Made by a program: the position numbers and the translations under genes
In this document: piece by piece, positions 16,146 through 25,982 of the stretch
Numbering within the stretch: the first letter of the stretch is position 1
How the letters are laid out: every line of letters begins with the position of its first letter
Notes under the pieces: model-generated
What the model saw: the letters and a program-made list of their open reading frames with translations, nothing else
What the model was told of the DNA's origin: nothing
Databases searched by the model: none
Assembly (NCBI GenBank): GCA_025800395.1
Contig: JAOXRU010000126.1
Span: 9,717-73,716, forward strand
Direction of reading: 5' to 3'
DNA: 64,000 nucleotides
From: Flavobacteriaceae bacterium
GTDB lineage: Bacteria > Bacteroidota > Bacteroidia > Flavobacteriales > Flavobacteriaceae

Positions 16146-18923
16146 TTATAGTTTTTCTTTTAAATACTTAGCAGTGAAGGATTTGTTGTTTTTGACTAAT
16201 TCTTCAGGAGTACCTTTAGCCATCAAATTTCCACCTCCTTTACCCCCTTCTGGTCCTAGGTCTATGATGTAATCGGCACATTTGATAAGCTCCAAATTGT
16301 GTTCGATAACTACTATAGAGTGTCCACGATCCAAAAGGGCATCGAAAGATTGTAGCAATTTGTGAATATCATGAAAGTGCAATCCGGTAGTTGGTTCATC
16401 GAATATGAACAAGGTACTGACTTTACTATTTCCTTTTACCAAAAAGGAAGCGAGTTTGATGCGCTGGGCTTCTCCACCAGAAAGGGTGGAAGAAGATTGA
16501 CCGAGTTTTACATATCCCAAACCAACATCTTCTAAAGGTTGCAATTTTCGGACGATTTTGGGTTGCTGATGTTTTCCAAAAAATGCAAGTGCATCTGATA
16601 TAGTAGCATTTAATACATCGTCTATATTCCAACCTTCAAACTGTACCTCGAGTATTTCTTTTTGAAAACGTTTTCCGTTGCAAATTTCGCATTCCAAATG
16701 AACATCAGCCATAAATTGCATTTCGATTGTCACCGAACCATCGCCTTTACAGGTTTCACATCTTCCTGCATCTACATTGAAGGAAAAGTGCTTGGCTTGA
16801 TAGCCACGGATTTTAGAAGCCTTTTGTTTTGCAAACAAAGCGCGGATATCGTCATAGGCTTTGATATAAGTTACCGGATTGGAACGAGAAGAGCGCCCTA
16901 TGGGATTTTGATCTACAAATTCTACATTTTGAATGATATGGAAATCACCTGTATACGAAGTATGTTGTGCAATCTTTTCTCCAAACCCACCAGTTTCTTT
17001 TAGGGCTATAGGGTATAACAATTGTTTAACGAGAGTGCTTTTTCCGCTACCCGACACTCCTGTTATCACAGTGAGATTTTGTAATGGAATACGCAAATCT
17101 ATGTTTTTGAGATTGTTGGCTCGAGCACCTATTATCTCTATTCCAAAATTGCTTTTTCTTCTATTTTTTGGGGTTTCTATAGACATATTGTTGCTTAGGT
17201 ATAGGGCGGTGAGGCTATCCATATGCAATAGTTCCTCATAGGTTCCTTGGGCAACCACTTCCCCACCTTGGGTTCCTGCCTCGGGTCCAATATCGATGAT
17301 GAGATCGGCTCGTTTCATGATGTCTTCATCATGTTCGACTACGATAACCGTATTACCCAAATCCCGAAGGGATATAAGCACTTCTATAAGTTTTTCGGTA
17401 TCTTTTGGATGCAATCCGATACTCGGTTCATCCAAAATATACATCGAACCCACCAAACTACTTCCCAAGGAGGTAGCTAAATTGATTCTTTGTGATTCCC
17501 CGCCAGATAAGCTATTGGACTTGCGGTTGAGACTGAGATAATTCAGTCCAACCATGTCTAGGTATTGCAAACGGTTGTTAATTTCTATAAGTAAACGCTT
17601 GGAAACTTTTTGTTCGTATGGGTTTAATTTTAAGTTTTTAAAAAAAGGAATCAGTTCTTTTATAGGGAGGTCTACCAAATCCGAAATGCTACGCTTGTTT
17701 ATTTTTACAAAATTGGACCGATCTTTTAGTCGTTTTCCCTTACATTTTGGACAAAGGGTTTTGCCGCGATATCGAGATAACATAACGCGGTTTTGAATTT
17801 TATAACTTTTTTCTTCTAATTCCCCAAAAAAGGCATGAAGCCCTGTGAAATGTTCATTTCCGTCCCAGACCAATTCCTGTTGTTTTGCACTGAGTTCGAA
17901 CCAAGGTTTGTGAATCGGAAAATCAAAGAGATAAGCCTGATTTACCAATTGATCTCTATACCAACTCATGCTTTCACCTCTCCAGGGAAAAATACAATTC
18001 TCAAAAACCGACAATCCAGTATTGGGTATAACCAAGTTGGCATCTATCCCGATTACATCACCATAACCTTCACATTTCTCACATGCACCAAAGGGGTTGT
18101 TGAAACTAAACATATGAATATTGGGGAGATGAAATTGCATGCCATCTAAGCTAAAACTATTGGAGAATTCGTGCCATTTGTTTGGAGCGAGCTCTAGGAG
18201 TACGCATTGTCCTTTTCCTTCATAAAAGGCGGTGTCTATGGCATCGGCCAAACGATGGTAGAAATCTTCTTCATGTCTAACGATCACCCGATCGACAACC
18301 AAGTAAAAAAAGCGTTCTTCAAAGTTTTCTAAGGCATCCAAGCGATGAACCTCTTCTTTCCAGTAGATTCTGGCGTATCCTTGTTGGAGTAATAATTTGA
18401 GGCTGGTAGAAACCTCTCTATCCTTGGCTATATGATAGGGAGCCAATAGTAATAGTTTGGTAGATTCTTCAAACTGTCTGACCGATTCGATGACATCCTT
18501 TACTTGGTGCTTGATTACTTCCTGACCGGAAATAGGGGAGAAGGTTTTACCTATTCTGGCATATAGTATTTTTAGATAATCATATATTTCGGTAGATGTT
18601 CCTACAGTAGACCGTGGATTGGTTGCATTTACTTTTTGTTCTATGGCTATGGCAGGAGCAATTCCTTTAATATTGTCCACTTTTGGCTTATCTAGTTTAC
18701 CCAAAAATTGGCGGGCATAAGAAGATAAACTCTCTACATAACGCCTTTGCCCTTCTGCATATAAGGTGTCAAAAGCCAAACTCGACTTTCCAGATCCAGA
18801 TAAACCAGTGATTACAACCAATTTGTTTCTTGGAATATCGACATTTATGTTTTTTAAATTATGAAGCTTGGCGCCTTGTATCTGTATATAGTTCTTGGTG
18901 TTCTTTTTAGTTTTTGTGCTCAT
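16146..18923 (-). CDS. uvrA: Excinuclease ABC subunit A
   Basis: [36 protein letters not shown] at the N-terminus, two ABC ATPase modules (second Walker [10 protein letters not shown]), and zinc modules [16 protein letters not shown] and CETCKGDG...CEICNGKR. Confidence 0.95.
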   Translation of the reverse strand: MSTKTKKNTKNYIQIQGAKLHNLKNINVDIPRNKLVVITGLSGSGKSSLAFDTLYAEGQRRYVESLSSYARQFLGKLDKPKVDNIKGIAPAIAIEQKVNATNPRSTVGTSTEIYDYLKILYARIGKTFSPISGQEVIKHQVKDVIESVRQFEESTKLLLLAPYHIAKDREVSTSLKLLLQQGYARIYWKEEVHRLDALENFEERFFYLVVDRVIVRHEEDFYHRLADAIDTAFYEGKGQCVLLELAPNKWHEFSNSFSLDGMQFHLPNIHMFSFNNPFGACEKCEGYGDVIGIDANLVIPNTGLSVFENCIFPWRGESMSWYRDQLVNQAYLFDFPIHKPWFELSAKQQELVWDGNEHFTGLHAFFGELEEKSYKIQNRVMLSRYRGKTLCPKCKGKRLKDRSNFVKINKRSISDLVDLPIKELIPFFKNLKLNPYEQKVSKRLLIEINNRLQYLDMVGLNYLSLNRKSNSLSGGESQRINLATSLGSSLVGSMYILDEPSIGLHPKDTEKLIEVLISLRDLGNTVIVVEHDEDIMKRADLIIDIGPEAGTQGGEVVAQGTYEELLHMDSLTALYLSNNMSIETPKNRRKSNFGIEIIGARANNLKNIDLRIPLQNLTVITGVSGSGKSTLVKQLLYPIALKETGGFGEKIAQHTSYTGDFHIIQNVEFVDQNPIGRSSRSNPVTYIKAYDDIRALFAKQKASKIRGYQAKHFSFNVDAGRCETCKGDGSVTIEMQFMADVHLECEICNGKRFQKEILEVQFEGWNIDDVLNATISDALAFFGKHQQPKIVRKLQPLEDVGLGYVKLGQSSSTLSGGEAQRIKLASFLVKGNSKVSTLFIFDEPTTGLHFHDIHKLLQSFDALLDRGHSIVVIEHNLELIKCADYIIDLGPEGGKGGGNLMAKGTPEELVKNNKSFTAKYLKEKL

Positions 18924-18940
18924 TCTTTTTGGGAAAAAAC

Positions 18941-18948
18941 CAAAGATA
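18941..18948 (-). promoter_or_regulatory. -7 box TATCTTTG for uvrA
   Basis: Exact TAnnTTTG match on the minus strand, 17 nt upstream of the uvrA ATG. Confidence 0.4.
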
Positions 18949-19473
18949 CTTATAAGATTTTATATTTGAAATCTAAGTGCTGGCGAATCCACAATTAGTA
19001 GTTTGTTTATGCTTTTTGGAATTCTAGTATGGTAAAAACTTTGAATTCTTGACATATATGATCTAATAGTATTAATGTATCGTATATCGTTTGATATTTG
19101 GAGAATATGATCTTTGGAATAGAAGAATTGTGTTGGGGTATATTTTTGATAATCGATGGTCGTATAGGCTATGAGACTGGCGAAAATTGAGGTCTGGTTC
19201 TGTATTGTAATTTTGGGGCAAGAGATAAGTTCACAGAGATTGAGAATTATACTGTTGTAGGAAAAAACCACAAACATCACAAAGTTCTACTTAGACCAAC
19301 AAAGATTGACCATTCACAACAAAATGGGAATGGAATTTGTTTTTGCTCTGAATTTTTAGCTATATTTGAATTATCAAACTTATAAAACATTGACGCCTAT
19401 AGTATAACATTACTTTTTTTAATTTATTATAAATTTTATTGCACCCTTATCTTAACCAAATAAAAGTAATGGT

Positions 19474-20055
19474 ATGAAGTATACACTGGATGACTCTACC
19501 CTAGTAAAAAATTATATTGAAGGAGACGAAAGAGCTTTGGAAATATTGATTGGTCGTTATAACCAACGCATTTATAGCTTTATTTATTCTAAAGTTATGG
19601 ACAAAGATATCGCCGAAGACATTTTTCAGGATACCTTTATTAAAGTAATTAAAACCCTCAAAAAAGGTTCTTATAGTGAAGAAGGTAAATTTTTGCCTTG
19701 GGTAATGCGTATTGCGCATAATTTAATTATCGATCATTTTAGAAAGAACAAAAGAATGCCAAAATTTGAAGGCAGTGATGATTTCAATATCTTCTCGGTT
19801 ATTTGTGACAACAAACTCAATGTAGAAAAACAATTGATCAAAGATCAGATAGAATCTGACGTGCGTGAGTTGATACAAAAACTACCTGATGATCAGAGAG
19901 AAGTATTAGAAATGCGGATGTATAAAGACATGAGTTTTAAAGAAATATCTGAGATTACAGGCGTGAGTATTAATACCGCTCTGGGTCGCATGAGATATGC
20001 ACTTATCAATCTTAGAAAGGTGATAGAAAAGTATAATTTGGTGTTGACCAATTAA
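19474..20055 (+). CDS. ECF-type RNA polymerase sigma-70 family factor
   Basis: Region 2 (IAEDIFQDTFIKV...WVMRIAHNLIIDHFRK) and region 4 HTH (DDQREVLEMRMYKDMSFKEISEITGVSINTALGRMRYAL). Confidence 0.9.
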   Translation: MKYTLDDSTLVKNYIEGDERALEILIGRYNQRIYSFIYSKVMDKDIAEDIFQDTFIKVIKTLKKGSYSEEGKFLPWVMRIAHNLIIDHFRKNKRMPKFEGSDDFNIFSVICDNKLNVEKQLIKDQIESDVRELIQKLPDDQREVLEMRMYKDMSFKEISEITGVSINTALGRMRYALINLRKVIEKYNLVLTN

Positions 20056-20111
20056 AATATACAATAAAGTTTTTTTATTTGCGTTATTGGTTATATAACT
20101 AAAGCGAAAAT

Positions 20112-20258
20112 ATGGAAAAACTTTACTCTGAAAATTTTAAGAACAATAAGAAAGTGTTAGCTCCAAAAGCGGAGACCATACAATTTTTATTGGATTATTC
20201 TAGAACTTTAAGTGTTACTAAGTACAAAAAACATCAGTTTGAAACTATTTTGAACTAG
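20112..20258 (+). CDS. Small hydrophilic ORF (48 aa) co-transcribed with the ECF sigma factor; not in the supplied ORF track
   Basis: Hand translation: MEKLYSENFKNNKKVLAPKAETIQFLLDYSRTLSVTKYKKHQFETILN. It starts 56 nt after the sigma stop with no intervening hairpin, and the only terminator follows this ORF. Confidence 0.45.
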   Translation: MEKLYSENFKNNKKVLAPKAETIQFLLDYSRTLSVTKYKKHQFETILN

Positions 20259-20265
20259 ATGTTAG

Positions 20266-20298
20266 AAAACTCCTTGACCAACAACAAGGAGTTTTTTT
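20266..20298. terminator. Bidirectional intrinsic terminator (sigma/small-ORF unit and convergent nth)
   Basis: AAAACTCCTTG / CAAGGAGTTTT perfect stem with an 8-nt loop and a T-tract. It abuts the nth stop codon. Confidence 0.7.
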
Positions 20299-20953
20299 AT
20301 TTTTTGGATTTATAGTAGTCTTGCAATACCGACTTTCTACCCACTGTTTTGGTGATGATATCTTTTTCTAAATCCCATGCTCGTGCAGGACTGTACTGGC
20401 GTGCATACCAGATAATTTGGAGATGTAAATCATTCCACAATTCTTTTGGGAAAAGTCTTTTAGCATCTTTTTCGGTCTGTACTACATTTTTGCCATTGCT
20501 CAACCCCCAGCGATATAGCAACCTATGTATATGGGTGTCTACTGGAAAAGCTGGGATGTTGAATGCTTGAGAAATAACTACACTTGCTGTTTTGTGTCCT
20601 ACAGCAGGTAAGGCTTCAAGTGCTTCCAAATTTGCTGGCACTTTACCTTGGTGTTTGTCGATTAGGATCTGAGAAAGGCCGTGTATACCCTTAGATTTCA
20701 TAGGCGATAAACCTACTGGACGAATGATCTCTTTGATTTCTTCTACACTGAGTAGAACCATGTCATAAGGATTGTCCGCCTTGGCAAATAATAGTGGTGT
20801 GATCTGATTGACCCTGACATCGGTACTTTGAGCCGAAAGCAATACCGCTATGAGCAGGGTATATGGGTCTTTGTGATCCAATGGCACTGGGATTTCTGGA
20901 TAGAATTCCTGCAACTTTTCTATAATAAAGGTAACTTTTTCTTTTTTGGTCAT
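20297..20953 (-). CDS. nth: Endonuclease III-like HhH-GPD DNA glycosylase/lyase, cysteine-free (no Fe-S cluster ligands)
   Basis: HhH-GPD motif with a catalytic-Lys context (LPAVGHKTASVV) and Asp context (PVDTHIHRL). The 218-aa translation contains no Cys. Confidence 0.85.
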   Translation of the reverse strand: MTKKEKVTFIIEKLQEFYPEIPVPLDHKDPYTLLIAVLLSAQSTDVRVNQITPLLFAKADNPYDMVLLSVEEIKEIIRPVGLSPMKSKGIHGLSQILIDKHQGKVPANLEALEALPAVGHKTASVVISQAFNIPAFPVDTHIHRLLYRWGLSNGKNVVQTEKDAKRLFPKELWNDLHLQIIWYARQYSPARAWDLEKDIITKTVGRKSVLQDYYKSKK

Positions 20954-20974
20954 ATCTTTGTGAAAACAAAGATA
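20953..20974. promoter_or_regulatory. Perfect palindrome TATCTTTGT-GAAA-ACAAAGATA in the nth/bcp divergent region, overlapping a -7 box (TATCTTTG, 20953-20960)
   Basis: 9-bp arms with a 4-nt spacer. The -7 box lies 24 nt upstream of the bcp ATG. Confidence 0.35.
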
Positions 20975-20984
20975 AACTTTCGTT

Positions 20985-21443
20985 ATGAATACACTAAAAA
21001 TTGGTGATAAACTTCCTGCCTTCGATGTAGCGGATCAGGATGGAAATAGCATTAAAAACACAGACTTTACAGGTAAAAAACTCATTGTTTTCTTTTATCC
21101 TAAAGCAAGTACTCCAGGTTGTACTGTGGAAGCATGCAATTTGAGAGACCATTATACGAGTTTGCAGGAAAAGGGATTTGAGCTACTAGGTGTAAGTGCA
21201 GATTCGCAAAAGCGCCAATCGAATTTTAGAAACAAACACGAATTTCCTTTTTCTCTTTTGGCAGACCAAGACAAAGAAGTGATTGATGCTTTTGGAGTTT
21301 GGGGACCAAAAAAGTTTATGGGTAAAGAATACGATGGCATACATCGTAAAACCTTTGTTTTTGATGAAAACCATATGGTTATTAGGGTGATAGATAAGGT
21401 GAAAACCAAAACCCATGCCCAACAGATATTGGAGGAGGTCTAA
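20985..21443 (+). CDS. bcp: Thiol peroxidase Bcp (peroxiredoxin)
   Basis: FFYPKASTPGCTVEAC motif with peroxidatic and resolving Cys 5 residues apart; ~150 aa. Confidence 0.9.
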   Translation: MNTLKIGDKLPAFDVADQDGNSIKNTDFTGKKLIVFFYPKASTPGCTVEACNLRDHYTSLQEKGFELLGVSADSQKRQSNFRNKHEFPFSLLADQDKEVIDAFGVWGPKKFMGKEYDGIHRKTFVFDENHMVIRVIDKVKTKTHAQQILEEV

Positions 21444-21460
21444 TTTAAAGGTGTTTTCTT

Positions 21461-22177
21461 TTATATTAGAATTTTTTCCTCCCATTTCAAAGGGTATGGG
21501 AGGTCGATATTGTGGAATTCTAAGTGTATAATTGGTCGTCGCCTGCTATTGATACTCTTGTGTGAGGCATGAAAACAAAGAGGGCGCATCAGCAAGATGT
21601 CTCCTTCTTTTGCGATCTGCGTGCATGATTCTATTGGTAGATTTAAATCTTCTTTACGTAGGATGCCATGTTGATGCGACCCAACCAACAAGCGCAGGGC
21701 ACCATTGCTGCTGTCTGTATCTTTGAGATGTATACGAACTGTTAAAGTCTTTTCCAATATTTCTGAAGAAGGGGTCACTCCCCAATGTTGGTTTTTTTTC
21801 GTCCAATGCCGAAAACCTGGTATTTCAAATCTGTCGTTTATCGAAATACTCAAATCCTGATGATAGCTCACAAACCAATTGGAACCAATAGGCTTATCAA
21901 AAAACAAGGACTTCGTTAAGAAACAAGAACCTCCAAAAGCACTTTCTAAAAGTTGTTTTAATTTTTGGTGTTGCAGTATCCATTGTAGTTCGGGTAACTC
22001 TTTTAGTAATTGCCTGATAGCATATACTTTTTGGTTTTTATGATCGCGCCAAATCTTTTTTCCATAGCGATCTATCTGCCAAAGCATCCGATCACATTCT
22101 TCTGGCGTAAAAAAATCTGGAATGCTCTCAAACCCTTTGTTGTCTAATGCTTGAAAATGTGTTTCCAAAAAAGCCAT
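21461..22177 (-). CDS. Phytanoyl-CoA dioxygenase (PhyH)-family Fe(II)/2-oxoglutarate oxygenase
   Basis: HxD motif (SYHQD) and a distal His region (RPLCFHASH). Start set at the ATG overlapping the upstream stop (TAATG) rather than the listed 22225. Confidence 0.7.
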   Translation of the reverse strand: MAFLETHFQALDNKGFESIPDFFTPEECDRMLWQIDRYGKKIWRDHKNQKVYAIRQLLKELPELQWILQHQKLKQLLESAFGGSCFLTKSLFFDKPIGSNWFVSYHQDLSISINDRFEIPGFRHWTKKNQHWGVTPSSEILEKTLTVRIHLKDTDSSNGALRLLVGSHQHGILRKEDLNLPIESCTQIAKEGDILLMRPLCFHASHKSINSRRRPIIHLEFHNIDLPYPLKWEEKILI

Positions 22178-23664
22178 TAGTTTTTGTCGACAACAATTCG
22201 ATTTTCCCGATTGGCAAGTTCCCAAGCGGTATAAAACACCAATCTGCTGCGATTTTCTAGTAGGTCGAAATTTATTTTGTCTACCGTATCGGTATGTCTG
22301 TGATAGTCTGCATGTGTGCCGTTAAAATAGAATATCACTGGTATGTTGTTTTTAGCAAAATTGTAATGATCGGATCGATAATAAAATCGATTTGGATCGT
22401 TTTTGGCATTAAAACGATAATCTAATGTAATTTTACAGTACTTTTGGTTGACACTTTCGGATATGGTATGTAATTCGCTACTAAGTCTGTCGGAGCCAAT
22501 GAGGTAAATATAGTTTCGATCTCCGTCTCTTTTGGGATCGATACGACCTATCATGTCTATATTGAGGTTGGCTACGGTATTTTTTAGAGGAACCAAGGGA
22601 TCGTTATCGGTGTAATATTTGGAGCCAAGCAGTCCTTTTTCTTCCCCAGTGACGTGTAAAAATACTATGGATCGCTTTGGGCCTTTTCCGGCTTTCTTGG
22701 CCTCTTGAAAGGCGGCTGCTATCTCCATTAAAGCAACATTTCCTGAGCCATCGTCATCGGCACCATTATTAATATTTCCTTTTTGATCGATGCCGATATG
22801 GTCGAGATGGGCAGAAAGGATGATGTATTCTTTTGGTTTTTCACTACCCTTTATCATGGCGGCTACATTATAGCTTTTATGGGATGGATCTGGATTTTGT
22901 ACCGCTATAGTGCCTTGATCTAGCATTTTGTTGGCAAAAGTGCCTCGTGCATACAAAACTCCAAAATCCATTTCGGACTCAGAGAGCAATTTTATGCCAC
23001 GGTGTTTTGATTTCTGCATATATTCCATTCTTCTTTGTGCCTGATTAAAAGCAGCATCATCGGCTATAACTATTCCCATGGCACCATTTTTTTTGGCGAT
23101 TTCGAGTCTTTTGTCATAAGATTTTTTCCAACTGGACCATTTGGTTTTCGAATTGGTAATGGCCTTAGGAGTTCCTATTTTTATACGTACCCATTTGTTG
23201 TGCACATTTTTGTCGGTATAATCACTATATTCCTCGGTTTCTACACCAAAACCAACATCTACCAATTCGATGTTTTGAGAGTCAAAATGTTGGAGACATA
23301 CATAACCATTTCCATTTGGAATAGCGGTATCTGCTATGGTCATAATCGTCTTGGGTAACTCTCCTTTGAATAAAGGTACTTCTTGGCGATAGAGGCCGTT
23401 GGCTTGTACACTTTCTAATCCGATATTTTTGTAATAATCTACCAAAAATTTTACAGCCTTTTGCTCCCCGTTTGTTCCGGTTTCTCTTCCTGAAAAATCG
23501 TCAGAAGCAAATATTTGTAGCTGCAACTGCAGGTCTTTCTCTAAAATGCTTTTGGCAAAATTTGTTGGATTGTTTTTGGCTTCCAGTTCTTTTATTGGTT
23601 GCTGTGGACTGGTACAACTTGCAATGAAGAACAAAAAAATGATAATGTATTGTAGATATTTCAT
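22177..23664 (-). CDS. M28-family zinc aminopeptidase, lipoprotein
   Basis: Lipobox-like FFIASCTS and M28 metal-ligand blocks HLDHIG...GADDDGSGNVALMEIA...GEEKGLLGS. Confidence 0.85.
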   Translation of the reverse strand: MKYLQYIIIFLFFIASCTSPQQPIKELEAKNNPTNFAKSILEKDLQLQLQIFASDDFSGRETGTNGEQKAVKFLVDYYKNIGLESVQANGLYRQEVPLFKGELPKTIMTIADTAIPNGNGYVCLQHFDSQNIELVDVGFGVETEEYSDYTDKNVHNKWVRIKIGTPKAITNSKTKWSSWKKSYDKRLEIAKKNGAMGIVIADDAAFNQAQRRMEYMQKSKHRGIKLLSESEMDFGVLYARGTFANKMLDQGTIAVQNPDPSHKSYNVAAMIKGSEKPKEYIILSAHLDHIGIDQKGNINNGADDDGSGNVALMEIAAAFQEAKKAGKGPKRSIVFLHVTGEEKGLLGSKYYTDNDPLVPLKNTVANLNIDMIGRIDPKRDGDRNYIYLIGSDRLSSELHTISESVNQKYCKITLDYRFNAKNDPNRFYYRSDHYNFAKNNIPVIFYFNGTHADYHRHTDTVDKINFDLLENRSRLVFYTAWELANRENRIVVDKN

Positions 23665-23862
23665 ATGCTATAAATTCAAATTAAAAATACTTCTTTTCGA
23701 TGAAAAAATGTACAGAATCTAAGAAATAGAAAAACTTTTAGGTTAATTGATCTATTGTGATAATTTTAACATGATGTTTTCTTTTTTAGTTGAAGTTGGC
23801 TTTGATATTTTTTGGATTTGGTTTAAATTTAATACTATTGCCAAATCTTAAACAGTTAGCAT

Positions 23863-25977
23863 ATGGGGGAAATCGTAAATAAGGAATTGAAAGTTCTGCT
23901 AAAACAATATTTTGGTTACGATAGTTTTCGTGAGCAGCAAGAAGAAATTATACAAGGTGTAATACAAGGAACTGACAGTTTGGTAATCATGCCAACTGGT
24001 GGTGGGAAGTCATTGTGTTTCCAACTTCCAGCATTGGTTTTGCCGAAACTAACTCTAGTGATTTCTCCTTTAATTGCTTTGATGAAAGATCAGGTAGATG
24101 GCTTGCGAGCAAATGGTGTAGCAGCAGCTTATTATAATAGTACCCAACCAAGTGCGGCATTGCAAGAGATAGAGCAAGAAGTAGAAAATAAGCAGTTGAA
24201 ACTTCTCTATGTAGCACCAGAGAGCTTGAGTATGCTAGCATCTATTTGTAATGAGGATTATTTGTCGGCTATAGCGGTGGATGAAGCACATTGTATTTCG
24301 AGTTGGGGGCACGATTTTAGGCCTTCCTATCAGCAGCTGGCTTTTCTAAAAAAAAGTATGCCCAATGTGCCGATCATCGCATTGACGGCAACAGCCGATG
24401 CAGCTACAAGAGTAGATATTGCACAACAATTGGCAATTCCGCATGCCAAAGTCTATATAGCCTCTTTCAATAGACCCAATATTTCTTTAGAAGTGCGGGG
24501 AGGCACTGGACGAATTGGTCAGATTTTGGATTTTATAGAACAGAACGATTCGGATGCGGGCATCTTGTATTGTTTGAGTCGAAAAAGTACTGAGACTTTA
24601 GCCGAAAAACTACAAGCGGCAGGGATAGATGCTGCAGCATATCATGCGGGTTTACCCAATGATGTACGCGCCAAAGTACAAGAAGATTTTATCCATGATA
24701 CATTGCAGGTTGTTTGTGCAACTATAGCTTTTGGAATGGGAATAGATAAGAGTAATGTGCGCTGGGTGATCCATTATAATATGCCAAAGAATTTGGAGGG
24801 GTATTATCAGGAAATTGGACGTTCGGGTAGAGATGGTGTAGCTGCAAGAGCAATGCTGTTTCATTCTTATGCTGATGTAATTCAATTGCGCAATTTTATG
24901 GAGGGCGCTTCTAATGAGGAAGTACAAGTTGCAAAGTTGGATAGGATGAAGCAATTTGCTGAGGCTACCAGCTGTAGAAGGCGAGTTTTATTGCATTATT
25001 TTGGAGAAGTTTTGGAAGAAGATTGTGGCAATTGTGATGTTTGTAATAATCCTCCAGAGTTTTTTGATGGTACTATAATTGCCCAAAAAGCACTTAGTGC
25101 TGTAGCACGTTTGAAAGGAAAAGAGGCCATAGGGACTATTATTGATGTATTGCGTGGGGCGCAAAATGAAAATGTATTGCGAAAAAATTATCAGCAAATA
25201 AAAACCTACGGGATTGGAAAAGATATTTCTTGGAAAGATTGGCAGCACTATATGATTCAATTAATTAATCAGGGATATTTAAGTTTGGCTTTTCATAAAC
25301 ACAATGCACTAGAGTTAACAGATTTGGCTAAAAAAGTACTTTTTGAAAAATATGCGGTTTCTTTAAGTAGGCCAAAAGCAATGCTAAAGAATCAGAAAGA
25401 GAAAAAATCAGTTTCTGATAGTAAAGCCAAACCGAAAACCCTATTCGATCATTTAAAAGCTTTGCGCTATCAGATAGCTGTGGAAGAAGATATACCTGCG
25501 TATTTGGTGTTTAATGATGCCACTTTGAAAGAAATGGAAGCAGAACGACCTTTGAGTGAGGTAGAAATGATGGCTATTAATGGGGTAGGGCAGCGTAAAA
25601 TGGAGGTGTACGGAGATTTGTTTTTGCAGGCCATTGCACAATTTACCAAAAAGAAAAAGAAAACCAAAAAGAAAAAGGGAACTACTTATTTAGAAACCTA
25701 TGCTTTGTTTGAATCGGGCAAAACACCAGAAGAAATAGCAGCGATTAGAGAATTGGCGTTAACTACGATTTACTCTCATTTGTGTAAACTGTATACAGAA
25801 GGTAAAGCTATAGATCTGAAACAATATATTTCTGATGGTGCTATTACAAGAGTAAAAGAGGCTAAGGAAGCCCTTGGAAATCCAGAACAGATGAAGGTCT
25901 ATTTTGAACATTTTGAAGAACAAGTTCCGTATCATGATATTCGGTTGGCCCTTGCCATTTTGAATAAAGATGGTTAA
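23863..25977 (+). CDS. recQ: ATP-dependent DNA helicase RecQ
   Basis: Walker A PTGGGKS, DEAH box (VDEAHC), Zn-binding [12 protein letters not shown]...CGNCDVC, an HRDC region and an extra C-terminal HTH-like domain after a Lys-rich linker. Confidence 0.95.
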   Translation: MGEIVNKELKVLLKQYFGYDSFREQQEEIIQGVIQGTDSLVIMPTGGGKSLCFQLPALVLPKLTLVISPLIALMKDQVDGLRANGVAAAYYNSTQPSAALQEIEQEVENKQLKLLYVAPESLSMLASICNEDYLSAIAVDEAHCISSWGHDFRPSYQQLAFLKKSMPNVPIIALTATADAATRVDIAQQLAIPHAKVYIASFNRPNISLEVRGGTGRIGQILDFIEQNDSDAGILYCLSRKSTETLAEKLQAAGIDAAAYHAGLPNDVRAKVQEDFIHDTLQVVCATIAFGMGIDKSNVRWVIHYNMPKNLEGYYQEIGRSGRDGVAARAMLFHSYADVIQLRNFMEGASNEEVQVAKLDRMKQFAEATSCRRRVLLHYFGEVLEEDCGNCDVCNNPPEFFDGTIIAQKALSAVARLKGKEAIGTIIDVLRGAQNENVLRKNYQQIKTYGIGKDISWKDWQHYMIQLINQGYLSLAFHKHNALELTDLAKKVLFEKYAVSLSRPKAMLKNQKEKKSVSDSKAKPKTLFDHLKALRYQIAVEEDIPAYLVFNDATLKEMEAERPLSEVEMMAINGVGQRKMEVYGDLFLQAIAQFTKKKKKTKKKKGTTYLETYALFESGKTPEEIAAIRELALTTIYSHLCKLYTEGKAIDLKQYISDGAITRVKEAKEALGNPEQMKVYFEHFEEQVPYHDIRLALAILNKDG

Positions 25978-25982
25978 GGTTC

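Noticed and set aside
18924-19473. A 550-bp gene-free divergent region between uvrA and the ECF sigma gene, including a listed 106-aa minus-strand ORF (18960-19280)
   Set aside because: The ORF would start upstream of and run into the uvrA promoter region and has no recognisable motifs, with an AT-rich random-looking composition. I found no repeats, hairpins or RNA-like structure to support any call.
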